NCBI RefSeq assembly: GCF_936981045.1
Contig: NZ_OW441264.1
Span: 840,001-872,000, forward strand
Direction of reading: 5' to 3'
Origin: Candidatus Saccharimonadota bacterium
GTDB taxonomy: Bacteria; Bacteroidota; Bacteroidia; Cytophagales; Amoebophilaceae
DNA: 32,000 nucleotides
Of this stretch, positions 8,285 through 16,551 are shown piece by piece. The number at the start of each line of letters is the position of its first letter. Position 1 is the first letter of the stretch. The notes under the pieces were generated by a model that did not search any database, was not told where the DNA came from, and was given only the letters and a program-made list of their open reading frames with translations. The translations under genes were made by a program, and so were the position numbers.

Positions 8285-8905
8285 GAGTTCGGGATTAGCT
8301 TGTTAAAAAATAGCTTTAAAAAGCTCCTTTGTGTTTTAAATTTGGAGATAAAAAAATACTAACCAGATTATCCAAAGGAGCCAGTTATGAATGTAGAAAA
8401 ATTAGTTGAAATATATTATGCTGTTGATGAATTTCTCATAAAGTTTATGCCGTATATGGAAAAACAACTGTTAACCAACTCTAAAAGAAAACCTACTAAA
8501 ACTTGTTCATTAACTTTGAGTGAAATAATGACTGTTCTTATTGCCTTTCATGTGATTGGTTTTAGAAATTTTAAGTCTTATTATATTCATTTACAGCAAT
8601 TTCATTCTAGTAAATTTGGAAAGTTAGTAAGCTAGAATAGATTTATAGAACTGATCCAAAGAACGTTAGTTCCCTTGTACTGTTTTACAAAAAGTCTTTC
8701 TAAAACAAAAACAGGTTGTTATTTTATGGATGCAACAGCCATCAAGGTTTGCCATATCAAAAGAGCCTATACGCACAGGGTTTTTAAATCGATTGCTACT
8801 AAAGGTAAAACCAGCACCGGTTGGTTTTTTGGATTAAAGTTGCACTTGATAGTCAATGATTTAGGAGAAATTATGAATTTTCAACTGACCACAGGTAAAA
8901 CTAAT
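8285..8905 (+). pseudogene. IS982-family element, 3'-truncated by an IS6 end and carrying an in-frame TAG
   Basis: The left IR GAGTTCGGGATTAG is at 8285-8298. ORFs 8387-8635 and 8675-8938 are in the same frame and are split by TAG at 8633-8635, where the other copy has TAC. Homology to copy 1 ends at ..ggtaaaactaat, where GGTTCTGTCGCG begins at 8906. Confidence 0.85.
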
Positions 8906-8974
8906 GGTTCTGTCGCGTCTATAGTTTTCTTAGTATAGGTTTTTCGTTTAAGTCAAATTTTGGATATTATGCGG
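8906..8974 (-). repeat. Solo 69-bp IS6 right-end stub, forming a tandem duplicate of the first 69 bp of the adjacent copy
   Basis: 8906-8974 has the same sequence as 8975-9043 (ggttctgtcgcgtctatagttttcttagtataggtttttcgtttaagtcaaattttggatattatgcgg). Confidence 0.9.
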
Positions 8975-9807
8975 GGTTCTGTCGCGTCTATAGTTTTCTT
9001 AGTATAGGTTTTTCGTTTAAGTCAAATTTTGGATATTATGCGGCCATTAAGATAGCAAAGTTCTCAAAAGTAGAAAGATGATTTTTAGCTCCTCTTACTT
9101 GTCCTTTTTGAATCATACGAATGTTTTCTATCCCTGAAATAGTAATGGAAGCAGAATAAAAATTCTTAAAACCCAGCATAGGTTTTATCCGTTTTTTGAT
9201 AAACCTATGATCTTGTTCAACTCTATTATTCAAATATTTGTTTTGAAATATTTGAATGGTATGATCTTGATCAAGATCTGTATTGATCGCATCAAGGGCA
9301 GCTTTATTACTACCGCTTTTGTCAATTACTACTTTCTTAGGAATATTATTTTCTGTGATCGCCTTGCGAAAAAAAGAAAGCGTTGAAGACTTGTCTCTAT
9401 GATCAGATAGAAAAAAGTCAACTGTATCACCATAACGATCTACTGCTCTATATAAATAGATCCACTTCCCGTTTAGTTTAACATAGGTTTCATCCATTCT
9501 CCAACTACTACCAACTGGTCGTTTTCTTTTTCTTACTGCTTTATCTATCAGAGGAACAAACTTAATAACCCATCTCTGTAGCGTAGAATGATCAACTCTT
9601 GCGCCTCTCATACGCATCATCTCTTCCAAATCTCTATAGCTCAAGGAAAAACGACACTTCATGTATACAAATAACAGGATGACTTCTGATGAAGAACAAT
9701 AACCTTTAAAATATGGTAATAACTCGGGAGAAATATTAAACATAATAACTACTTTTTTAAATACCGATACTAAAATAATCATTTTTTAGAATAAACGCGA
9801 CAGAACC
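8975..9807 (-). mobile_element. Intact IS6/IS26-like insertion sequence, copy A (833 bp)
   Basis: The terminal IRs GGTTCTGTCGCGT(C/T)TAT sit at both ends, around a single transposase ORF. No direct repeat is visible in the flanks (ttatgcgg / aaaagacg). Confidence 0.9.
9036..9782 (-). CDS. IS6-family DDE transposase (copy A)
   Basis: Carries WRMDETYVKLNGKWIYLYRAVD (first D), VVIDKSGSNKAAL (second D) and NNRVEQDHRFIKKR (E), the IS26/IS257-type signature. The protein is identical to copy C. The real start is probably M14 (MFNISPE.., giving 235 aa). Confidence 0.9.
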   Translation of the reverse strand: MIILVSVFKKVVIMFNISPELLPYFKGYCSSSEVILLFVYMKCRFSLSYRDLEEMMRMRGARVDHSTLQRWVIKFVPLIDKAVRKRKRPVGSSWRMDETYVKLNGKWIYLYRAVDRYGDTVDFFLSDHRDKSSTLSFFRKAITENNIPKKVVIDKSGSNKAALDAINTDLDQDHTIQIFQNKYLNNRVEQDHRFIKKRIKPMLGFKNFYSASITISGIENIRMIQKGQVRGAKNHLSTFENFAILMAA

Positions 9808-9890
9808 AAAAGACGTTACTAACGAAAATGTAGACGCGACAGAACCAAAAGAAAAGCCTTTACTAACGAAAATATAGACACGACAGAACC
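9808..9890 (-). repeat. Two consecutive solo IS6 variant-B end stubs (39 bp and 44 bp)
   Basis: On the minus strand these read ggttctgtcgtgtctatattttcgttagtaaaggcttttctttt, then ggttctgtcgcgtctacattttcgttagtaacgtctttt, then the IRL of copy A. Each stub equals the first 39-44 nt of the variant-B end seen at 7936 and 15974. Confidence 0.85.
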
Positions 9891-9896
9891 CATAAG

Positions 9897-9969
9897 TGCC
9901 CCCTGCCGGAATCGAACCAGCAACCTACTGATTACAAATCAGTTGCTCTACCAGTTGAGCTAAGGAGGC
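9897..9969 (-). tRNA. tRNA-Thr (anticodon UGU)
   Basis: 73-nt cloverleaf folded by hand: acceptor GCCTCCT/AGGGGGC, D arm GCTC-AACTGGTA-GAGC, anticodon arm ACTGA-TTTGTAA-TCAGT, T arm GCTGG-TTCGATT-CCGGC, discriminator A. No CCA is encoded. Confidence 0.9.
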
Positions 9970-10121
9970 TACTAAAAAAGTATGCTATCAAAAACAGTAA
10001 GCAAATATAGAAAAATGTACTATAAATGTGTTAATAAGCTTATATAAAAAGGTGCATTACAGAACCCCATTTCTCAATGAAGGCGAAGGTTACAAAAGCT
10101 AAGGGCTATGTTCTATGGCGC

Positions 10122-10147
10122 TAAAAAATAATAAAGGTAACCCTTTA
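10122..10147 (-). terminator. Weak candidate terminator overlapping the rplS stop codon
   Basis: The minus-strand RNA reads UAAAGG-GUUA-CCUUUA followed by UUAUUUUUU. The stem is short and AU-rich. Confidence 0.35.
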
Positions 10148-10501
10148 CCTAAGTTCTTTAATACGTGCTGCTTTACCTTGTTTGTCCCGCAGGTAATAAA
10201 TTCTAGCCCTGCGTACACGGCCTTTTCTTTTTACTTCTATTTTTTCAATATTGGGGCAAAGTAAAGGAAAAATGCGCTCTACACCAATCTCTTTAGATAC
10301 TTTACGTACTGTAAAGGTTTCTCCATTCGTGTTAGGGTGCTTACGTTGAATAACTGCTCCTTGAAATTGTTGAATACGAACCTTGTTCCCTTCTTGTATC
10401 TTTACATGTACGTTGATGGTATCTCCAGCCTTAAAAGAGGGAAATATACGGGCTGGTTGAGGATTACATGCCGCTTCAACATATTTTATTAAGTTATTCA
10501 T
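10145..10501 (-). CDS. rplS: 50S ribosomal protein L19
   Basis: 118 aa. It has FKAGDTI.VHVKI.EG...RIQ.F.G.VI...H......TFTVRK.S..IGVER.FPL..P, typical of L19. Confidence 0.95.
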   Translation of the reverse strand: MNNLIKYVEAACNPQPARIFPSFKAGDTINVHVKIQEGNKVRIQQFQGAVIQRKHPNTNGETFTVRKVSKEIGVERIFPLLCPNIEKIEVKRKGRVRRARIYYLRDKQGKAARIKELR

Positions 10502-10632
10502 GACTGGTTGGAAAATTACATAAAAGCTAATGCAAAGGTAATACTATTTTTTAAATTCCGTACCTTGTAATATTGCAAATGGCAAAAGCAACGACAGATC
10601 AAACCTTCTTATCTTCACTTTAACCAAGTTTA

Positions 10633-12432
10633 ATGAAAAATATTCGAAATTTTTGCATCATTGCACACATTGACCATGGCAAAAGTACCTTGGCAGATCG
10701 TTTACTAGAAACAACTCAAACGGTTGGCGTACGGGATCAAAAAAATCAAGTACTGGATAATATGGATTTAGAGCGTGAACGGGGCATCACGATTAAAAGC
10801 CATGCGATTCAAATGGAATATGTATACGATGGTCAATCCTATTTGCTCAACTTAATTGATACACCCGGGCATGTAGACTTTACCTATGAAGTTTCTCGCT
10901 CCATTGCTGCCTGTGAGGGGGCTCTACTAGTGGTCGATGCCGCACAGGGAGTGGAAGCGCAAACCATTTCTAATCTCTATCTGGCCTTAGTGCAAAATCT
11001 TACCATTATCCCTGTATTGAATAAGATTGATTTGCCAGGCGCAATGCCAGAAGAGATAAAGGATCAAATCGTAGAACTGATAGGATGTGATCGAGATGAG
11101 ATTCTCTCTGCTAGTGCTAAACAGGGTATTGGGATTGAGGCCATACTCAAATCGGTAGTGACCCGTATACCTGCGCCTAAAGGGGATAAGCAGGCACCAC
11201 TGCAAGCGATGATTTTTGATTCGCTATATAATACTTTTCGTGGTGTAGAGGTCTATTTTCGCATCTTTAATGGAACGATTAAGCCTGGAGATCAGATTAC
11301 ATGTATCAGTACAGCTATAGATTATAGGGTGGAAGAGGTTGGGATTTTAAAATTGCAGCAAATACCCAAGCCATTTTTAGAAGCAGGTCATGTAGGCTAT
11401 ATGATTGCTGGGATTAAAAATGCAAGTGAAGTAAAAGTAGGGGATACGGTTACCCATATAGATAAGTCGGGACGTACGATAGGGGCAATGATTAAGGGAT
11501 TTGAAGAGGTAAAACCTATGGTTTTTGCCGGCATCTATCCAGTAGATACGACCGAATATGAGGCACTACGAGATGCTATGGAAAAGTTAAAATTAAATGA
11601 TGCTTCGTTGGTTTGGGAGCCGGAGAGTTCTACTGCTTTGGGTTTTGGGTTTCGATGTGGTTTCTTAGGCATGCTCCATATGGAGATTATACAGGAACGA
11701 TTAGAAAAAGAATTTAATATCACCATTATCACTACTGTTCCGTCCGTACAGTTTCGTATAATAGATCAAAAAGGTCAATGGATAGATGTGCAAGCACCTG
11801 CAGATATGCCCGACCCTAATACCACTCATCGCATTGAGGAACCACTTATAAAAGCACAAATTATTACAAAATCGGAATTTGTGGGTGGCATTATGAAACT
11901 TTGTATGGATAGAAGAGGGATTTTTAAAAACCAGGTCTACTTAACGGCTAACCGTGTAGAACTTTCTTTTGAACTGCCTCTAGCAGAAGTAGTCTTTGAC
12001 TTTTTTGATAAACTTAAGACGATTTCACGCGGCTATGCTTCCTTGGATTACGAATTAGCTAGGTTTGCAGATGCAGACCTAGTCAAATTAGATATTCTAT
12101 TACACAATGAAAAAGTAGATGCCCTTTCAGCGATTGTACATAGATCAAATGCCTATGAACGAGGTAAGGTCTTATGTAAAAAGCTCAAAGAAATCATTCC
12201 TAGACATATGTTTGAAGTAAGCATTCAAGCAGCTATTGGCACAAAAATTATTGCCAGAGAAACGGTAAAATCATTACGAAAAAATGTGATTGCCAAATGC
12301 TATGGTGGTGATATTTCACGGAAAAGGAAGCTTTTAGAAAAACAAAAAAAAGGTAAAAAACGAATGCGGCAAGTGGGTTCAGTAGAAATCCCTCAAGAGG
12401 CTTTTATGGCGGTATTAAAGTTGGATGATTAA
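10633..12432 (+). CDS. lepA: Elongation factor 4 (LepA)
   Basis: 599 aa. It has [30 protein letters not shown] and NKID, plus the LepA-specific C-terminal domain ending ..[24 protein letters not shown]. Confidence 0.97.
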   Translation: MKNIRNFCIIAHIDHGKSTLADRLLETTQTVGVRDQKNQVLDNMDLERERGITIKSHAIQMEYVYDGQSYLLNLIDTPGHVDFTYEVSRSIAACEGALLVVDAAQGVEAQTISNLYLALVQNLTIIPVLNKIDLPGAMPEEIKDQIVELIGCDRDEILSASAKQGIGIEAILKSVVTRIPAPKGDKQAPLQAMIFDSLYNTFRGVEVYFRIFNGTIKPGDQITCISTAIDYRVEEVGILKLQQIPKPFLEAGHVGYMIAGIKNASEVKVGDTVTHIDKSGRTIGAMIKGFEEVKPMVFAGIYPVDTTEYEALRDAMEKLKLNDASLVWEPESSTALGFGFRCGFLGMLHMEIIQERLEKEFNITIITTVPSVQFRIIDQKGQWIDVQAPADMPDPNTTHRIEEPLIKAQIITKSEFVGGIMKLCMDRRGIFKNQVYLTANRVELSFELPLAEVVFDFFDKLKTISRGYASLDYELARFADADLVKLDILLHNEKVDALSAIVHRSNAYERGKVLCKKLKEIIPRHMFEVSIQAAIGTKIIARETVKSLRKNVIAKCYGGDISRKRKLLEKQKKGKKRMRQVGSVEIPQEAFMAVLKLDD

Positions 12433-12446
12433 ATTGCAATGGGGTA

Positions 12447-13079
12447 CTACCCACTTTCTTGATAGTAGGCACAATATAGTTTAATGGGACACATGGTACA
12501 GTTGGGTTTTCGTGCTTTGCAAATATACCTACCATGTAGTATAAGCCAATGATGGGCATATCTGCTCCACTTTTGATCTATGGTCTCTAATAGCTCACTT
12601 TCTACTTTTTCCGGTGTCGTACCCTTTGCCAGACCAATCCTCTTGGCTACTCTAAATACGTGGGTATCTACCGCAATAGTTGGCTCGTTAAACAAACAAT
12701 TTAAGACCACATTGGCTGTTTTTCGTCCTACACCTGGTAATTGCAAAAGTGCTTCAAAGTTGTTGGGTACACGGCTATCATAGTGGCGGATCAATAGGTT
12801 ACATAGGGAGATAATGTTTTTGGCTTTATGGTTAAATAATCCAATGGATTTGATATACTTTTTTAACCCTTCTTCTCCAAGGTGTACCATTTTTTCTGGT
12901 GTATCAAACCGTCCAAATAAAGGTTTTGTTGCTACATTTACCGATACATCCGTAGCTTGTGCCGATAGTATGACTGCTACTAATAAGGTAAAGTCATTTT
13001 TATAGATTAGTTCTGTGGTAGGGTTTTGATTTTTATGGCTTAAAATCTCAAAAATTCTATCAACTATTGGTTTTTCCAT
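12447..13079 (-). CDS. nth: Endonuclease III (DNA-(apurinic or apyrimidinic site) lyase)
   Basis: 210 aa. It has the HhH-GPD element [13 protein letters not shown], the catalytic region VDTHV.RV and the 4Fe-4S cluster ligands [17 protein letters not shown]. Confidence 0.95.
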   Translation of the reverse strand: MEKPIVDRIFEILSHKNQNPTTELIYKNDFTLLVAVILSAQATDVSVNVATKPLFGRFDTPEKMVHLGEEGLKKYIKSIGLFNHKAKNIISLCNLLIRHYDSRVPNNFEALLQLPGVGRKTANVVLNCLFNEPTIAVDTHVFRVAKRIGLAKGTTPEKVESELLETIDQKWSRYAHHWLILHGRYICKARKPNCTMCPIKLYCAYYQESG

Positions 13080-13139
13080 AATATATTGATGGTAAAAGGA
13101 AATAGCGTTACATGAATGTTAATATATAGGTAATGGATT

Positions 13140-13911
13140 GGTTCTGTCGCGTTTATTCTAAAAAATGATTATTTTAGTATCGGTATTTAAAAAAGTAGTT
13201 ATTATGTTTAATATCTCTCCCGAGTTATTACCATATTTTAAAGGTTATTGTTCTTCATCAGAAGTCATCCTGTTATTTGTATACATGAAGTGTCGTTTTT
13301 CCTTGAGCTATAGAGATTTGGGAGAGATGATGCGTATGAGAGGCGCAAGAGTTGATCATTCTACGCTACAGAGATGGGTTATTAAGTTTGTTCCTCTGAT
13401 AGATAAAGCAGTAAGAAAAAGAAAACGACCAGTTGGTAGTAGTTGGAGAATGGATGAAACCTATGTTAAACTAAACGGGAAGTGGATCTATTTATATAGA
13501 GCAGTAGATCGTTATGGTGATACAGTTGACTTTTTTCTATCTGAGCATAGAGACAAGTCTTCAACGCTTTCTTTTTTTCGCAAGGCTATCACAGAAAATA
13601 ATATTCCTAAGAAAGTAGTAATTGACAAAAGCGGTAGTAATAAAGCTGCCCTTGATGCGATCAATACAGATCTTGATCAAGATCATACCATTCAAATATT
13701 GCAAAACAAATATTTGAATAATAGAGTTGAACAAGATCATAGGTTTATCAAAAAACGGATAAAACCTATGCTGGGTTTTAAGAATTTTTATTCTGCTTCC
13801 ATTACTATTTCAGGGATAGAAAACATTCGTATGATTCAAAAAGGACAAGTAAGAGGAGCTAAAAATCATCTTTCTACTTTTGAGAACTTTGCTATCTTAA
13901 TGGCCGCATAA
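13140..13911 (+). mobile_element. IS6/IS26-like copy B: IRL and full ORF present, 3' UTR and IRR missing
   Basis: IRL GGTTCTGTCGCGTTTATTC is at 13140. Immediately after the stop codon TAA (13909-13911) a foreign variant-B stub begins, in place of the 61-bp tail seen in copies A, C and E. Confidence 0.9.
13165..13911 (+). CDS. IS6-family DDE transposase (copy B; 3 aa differences from A and C)
   Basis: Same signature as copy A, with substitutions E53G, D126E and F179L read from the ORF track. Confidence 0.9.
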   Translation: MIILVSVFKKVVIMFNISPELLPYFKGYCSSSEVILLFVYMKCRFSLSYRDLGEMMRMRGARVDHSTLQRWVIKFVPLIDKAVRKRKRPVGSSWRMDETYVKLNGKWIYLYRAVDRYGDTVDFFLSEHRDKSSTLSFFRKAITENNIPKKVVIDKSGSNKAALDAINTDLDQDHTIQILQNKYLNNRVEQDHRFIKKRIKPMLGFKNFYSASITISGIENIRMIQKGQVRGAKNHLSTFENFAILMAA

Positions 13912-13950
13912 GGTTCTGTCGCGTCTACATTTTCGTTAGTAACGTCTTTT
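13912..13950 (+). repeat. 39-bp solo IS6 variant-B end stub between copies B and C
   Basis: The sequence ggttctgtcgcgtctacattttcgttagtaacgtctttt matches the reverse complement of 9808-9846 and the first 39 nt of 15974-16108. Confidence 0.9.
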
Positions 13951-14783
13951 GGTTCTGTCGCGTTTATTCTAAAAAATGATTATTTTAGTATCGGTATTTA
14001 AAAAAGTAGTTATTATGTTTAATATTTCTCCCGAGTTATTACCATATTTTAAAGGTTATTGTTCTTCATCAGAAGTCATCCTGTTATTTGTATACATGAA
14101 GTGTCGTTTTTCCTTGAGCTATAGAGATTTGGAAGAGATGATGCGTATGAGAGGCGCAAGAGTTGATCATTCTACGCTACAGAGATGGGTTATTAAGTTT
14201 GTTCCTCTGATAGATAAAGCAGTAAGAAAAAGAAAACGACCAGTTGGTAGTAGTTGGAGAATGGATGAAACCTATGTTAAACTAAACGGGAAGTGGATCT
14301 ATTTATATAGAGCAGTAGATCGTTATGGTGATACAGTTGACTTTTTTCTATCTGATCATAGAGACAAGTCTTCAACGCTTTCTTTTTTTCGCAAGGCGAT
14401 CACAGAAAATAATATTCCTAAGAAAGTAGTAATTGACAAAAGCGGTAGTAATAAAGCTGCCCTTGATGCGATCAATACAGATCTTGATCAAGATCATACC
14501 ATTCAAATATTTCAAAACAAATATTTGAATAATAGAGTTGAACAAGATCATAGGTTTATCAAAAAACGGATAAAACCTATGCTGGGTTTTAAGAATTTTT
14601 ATTCTGCTTCCATTACTATTTCAGGGATAGAAAACATTCGTATGATTCAAAAAGGACAAGTAAGAGGAGCTAAAAATCATCTTTCTACTTTTGAGAACTT
14701 TGCTATCTTAATGGCCGCATAATATCCAAAATTTGACTTAAACGAAAAACCTATACTAAGAAAACTATAGACGCGACAGAACC
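13951..14783 (+). mobile_element. Intact IS6/IS26-like insertion sequence, copy C (833 bp)
   Basis: IRL at 13951 and IRR ..ctatagacgcgacagaacc ending at 14783. No target duplication (flanks cgtctttt / aaaagtag). Confidence 0.9.
13976..14722 (+). CDS. IS6-family DDE transposase (copy C)
   Basis: 248-aa ORF identical to the copy A protein. Confidence 0.9.
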   Translation: MIILVSVFKKVVIMFNISPELLPYFKGYCSSSEVILLFVYMKCRFSLSYRDLEEMMRMRGARVDHSTLQRWVIKFVPLIDKAVRKRKRPVGSSWRMDETYVKLNGKWIYLYRAVDRYGDTVDFFLSDHRDKSSTLSFFRKAITENNIPKKVVIDKSGSNKAALDAINTDLDQDHTIQIFQNKYLNNRVEQDHRFIKKRIKPMLGFKNFYSASITISGIENIRMIQKGQVRGAKNHLSTFENFAILMAA

Positions 14784-14784
14784 A

Positions 14785-15105
14785 AAAGTAGGTAGTAGGC
14801 TATATGCAGATAAGGGCTATAGCGGATCACCTAGTGAAACCTTATTAAAGAATAAAGCCTTAAAATCAGCTATTCAGAAGAAAGCTACTAGAAATAATCC
14901 TTTATCACCTACTGCTAAACGGTTTGATACATTGGTAGCTAAAACCAGGTATAAAGTAGAACGTGTATTTGGAAGTATTAAAAGTTGGTTCCGAAGCTCA
15001 GGAGCTCACTACATAGGACTTGCTAAAACTCATACGCAACACGTTATCGAAGCAATAGCCTATAACTTATACAGGTCGCCAAATATCATATTAAGAGGTC
15101 TTTAG
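14785..15105 (+). pseudogene. 3' fragment (~106 codons) of an IS5/IS4-superfamily DDE transposase, truncated by IS6 copy C
   Basis: My hand translation: KVGSRLYADKGYSGSPSETLLKNKALKSAIQKKATRNNPLSPTAKRFDTLVAKTRYKVERVFGSIKSWFRSSGAHYIGLAKTHTQHVIEAIAYNLYRSPNIILRGL*. The DKGY..., R..VE..FG.lK and AYNL blocks are typical of IS5-group C-termini. It is absent from the ORF track because it has no start codon. Confidence 0.75.
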
Positions 15106-15282
15106 GGGAATGGTCTGTCTAAAATGCAATAAAAGTACATGAAAATCAATAAATAATAAAATTAATACCACTTTAATACCAAAGATCAGTCTAAACAACC
15201 CTAAAAATATTATAATAGAAATCTATCACAACGGCCTCATGATGTGATAACCTTGTGAGTTTACAATAATAGTAGATCAATA

Positions 15283-15927
15283 ATGAATAATTTAATACAT
15301 CCTGAAGCACATAGTAAAGTACTACCAGCAAAAAAGTTAGTAGTACTATTGCACGGTGTCGGTTCTAATGGGCATGATTTAATCAAATTGGCTCCATATA
15401 TTAAAGATGATTTGTCAGATTGCTATTTTATGGCTCCGCATGGGGTAGAACCATATGATATGGCCCCTCATGGGCGACAATGGTTTAGCCTACAAGATCG
15501 AACGCTATATGTGATGAAAAGGTTACTAGGCAGTAATATTGCATCGGTTACAGACATTATTAAACAAAAACAAATAGCGCTAAATCTTTCCAATAAAGAA
15601 ACCATTATCATCGGGTTCTCGCAGGGCGCCATGATGGGTCTGTATTTAACCCTTATACAGACCGAGCCCTTCTTATCTACAATAGGATTTTCTGGGTTAT
15701 TGGTAGCCCCTCCACAATGCATCAATACCACTACACCAATTTGTTTGATTCATGGTGTGTTGGATAATATAGTAACAGTAGATGCAATAGATCATGCCAT
15801 ACAATATTTATCTAACCATAAGGTACCATGTAGCGCGCATAAACTAGAAAACCTTGCGCATTCGATAGATTATAGAGGCCTAGAAATTGCGGTTAACGCT
15901 ATAAAAAATAGTAGTTTAAAACAATAA
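15283..15927 (+). CDS. Alpha/beta hydrolase of the phospholipase/carboxylesterase family
   Basis: 214 aa. It has [14 protein letters not shown], the nucleophile elbow GFSQGAMM, a later HGVLDNIV (Asp) and LAHSI (His), consistent with a Ser-Asp-His triad. Confidence 0.8.
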   Translation: MNNLIHPEAHSKVLPAKKLVVLLHGVGSNGHDLIKLAPYIKDDLSDCYFMAPHGVEPYDMAPHGRQWFSLQDRTLYVMKRLLGSNIASVTDIIKQKQIALNLSNKETIIIGFSQGAMMGLYLTLIQTEPFLSTIGFSGLLVAPPQCINTTTPICLIHGVLDNIVTVDAIDHAIQYLSNHKVPCSAHKLENLAHSIDYRGLEIAVNAIKNSSLKQ

Positions 15928-15973
15928 GCTATACCCCAAAAGAAGAAAAAAATGTTTATTCAGCAGTATGACC

Positions 15974-16108
15974 GGTTCTGTCGCGTCTACATTTTCGTTA
16001 GTAACGTCTTTTCTTTTAAGTGAAGTTTTGGATATATATTGGGTATTATTCGGCCATTAGCATAACAAAATTCTCAAAAGTAGAAAGATGATTTTTAGCT
16101 CCGATTAC
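15974..16108 (-). mobile_element. IS6 variant-B fragment: terminal 135 bp including the last ~20 codons
   Basis: Near-identical to 7936-8070. It is cut at ..ccgattac, where the next GGTTCTGTCGCG begins. Confidence 0.85.
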
Positions 16109-16551
16109 GGTTCTGTCGCGTCTATAGTTTTCTTAGTATAGGTTTTTCGTTTAAGTCAAATTTTGGATATTATGCGGCCATTAAGATAGCAAAGTTCTCA
16201 AAAGTAGAAAGATGATTTTTAGCTCCTCTTACTTGTCCTTTTTGAATCATACGAATGTTTTCTATCCCTGAAATAGTAATGGAAGCAGAATAAAAATTCT
16301 TAAAACCCAGCATAGGTTTTATCCGTTTTTTGATAAACCTATGATCTTGTTCAACTCTATTATTCAAATATTTGTTTTGCAATATTTGAATGGTATGATC
16401 TTGATCAAGATCTGTATTGATCGCATCAAGGGCAGCTTTATTACTACCGCTTTTGTCAATTACTACTTTCTTAGGAATATTGTTTTCTGTGATAGCCTTG
16501 CGAAAAAAAGAAAGCGCTGAAGACTTGTCTCTATGATCAGATAGAAAAAAC
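16109..16551 (-). mobile_element. IS6 fragment: IRR plus the 3' ~380 bp of the transposase gene, truncated by the IRL of copy E
   Basis: Colinear with the right part of the intact copies. ORF 16170-16382 equals the C-terminal 70 aa, and it shares the copy-B-type ILQNK variant. It ends at ..gatcagatagaaaaaac, immediately before 16552. Confidence 0.85.

Noticed and set aside
9789-9890. Regularly spaced GGTTCTGTCGCG repeats, 39-44 bp apart, that superficially resemble a mini CRISPR array. A similar pattern occurs at 13912-13969 and 8906-9043.
   Set aside because: The 'repeats' are IS6 terminal inverted repeats. The 'spacers' are themselves homologous to the subterminal sequence of an IS6 variant. 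No cas genes are present and the repeat has no palindromic core. These are nested IS stubs.
10050-10075. A possible degenerate solo IS6 end (..gcattacagaacc) downstream of rplS.
   Set aside because: Only about 8 nt (acagaacc) match the IR, which is compatible with chance in AT-rich DNA.
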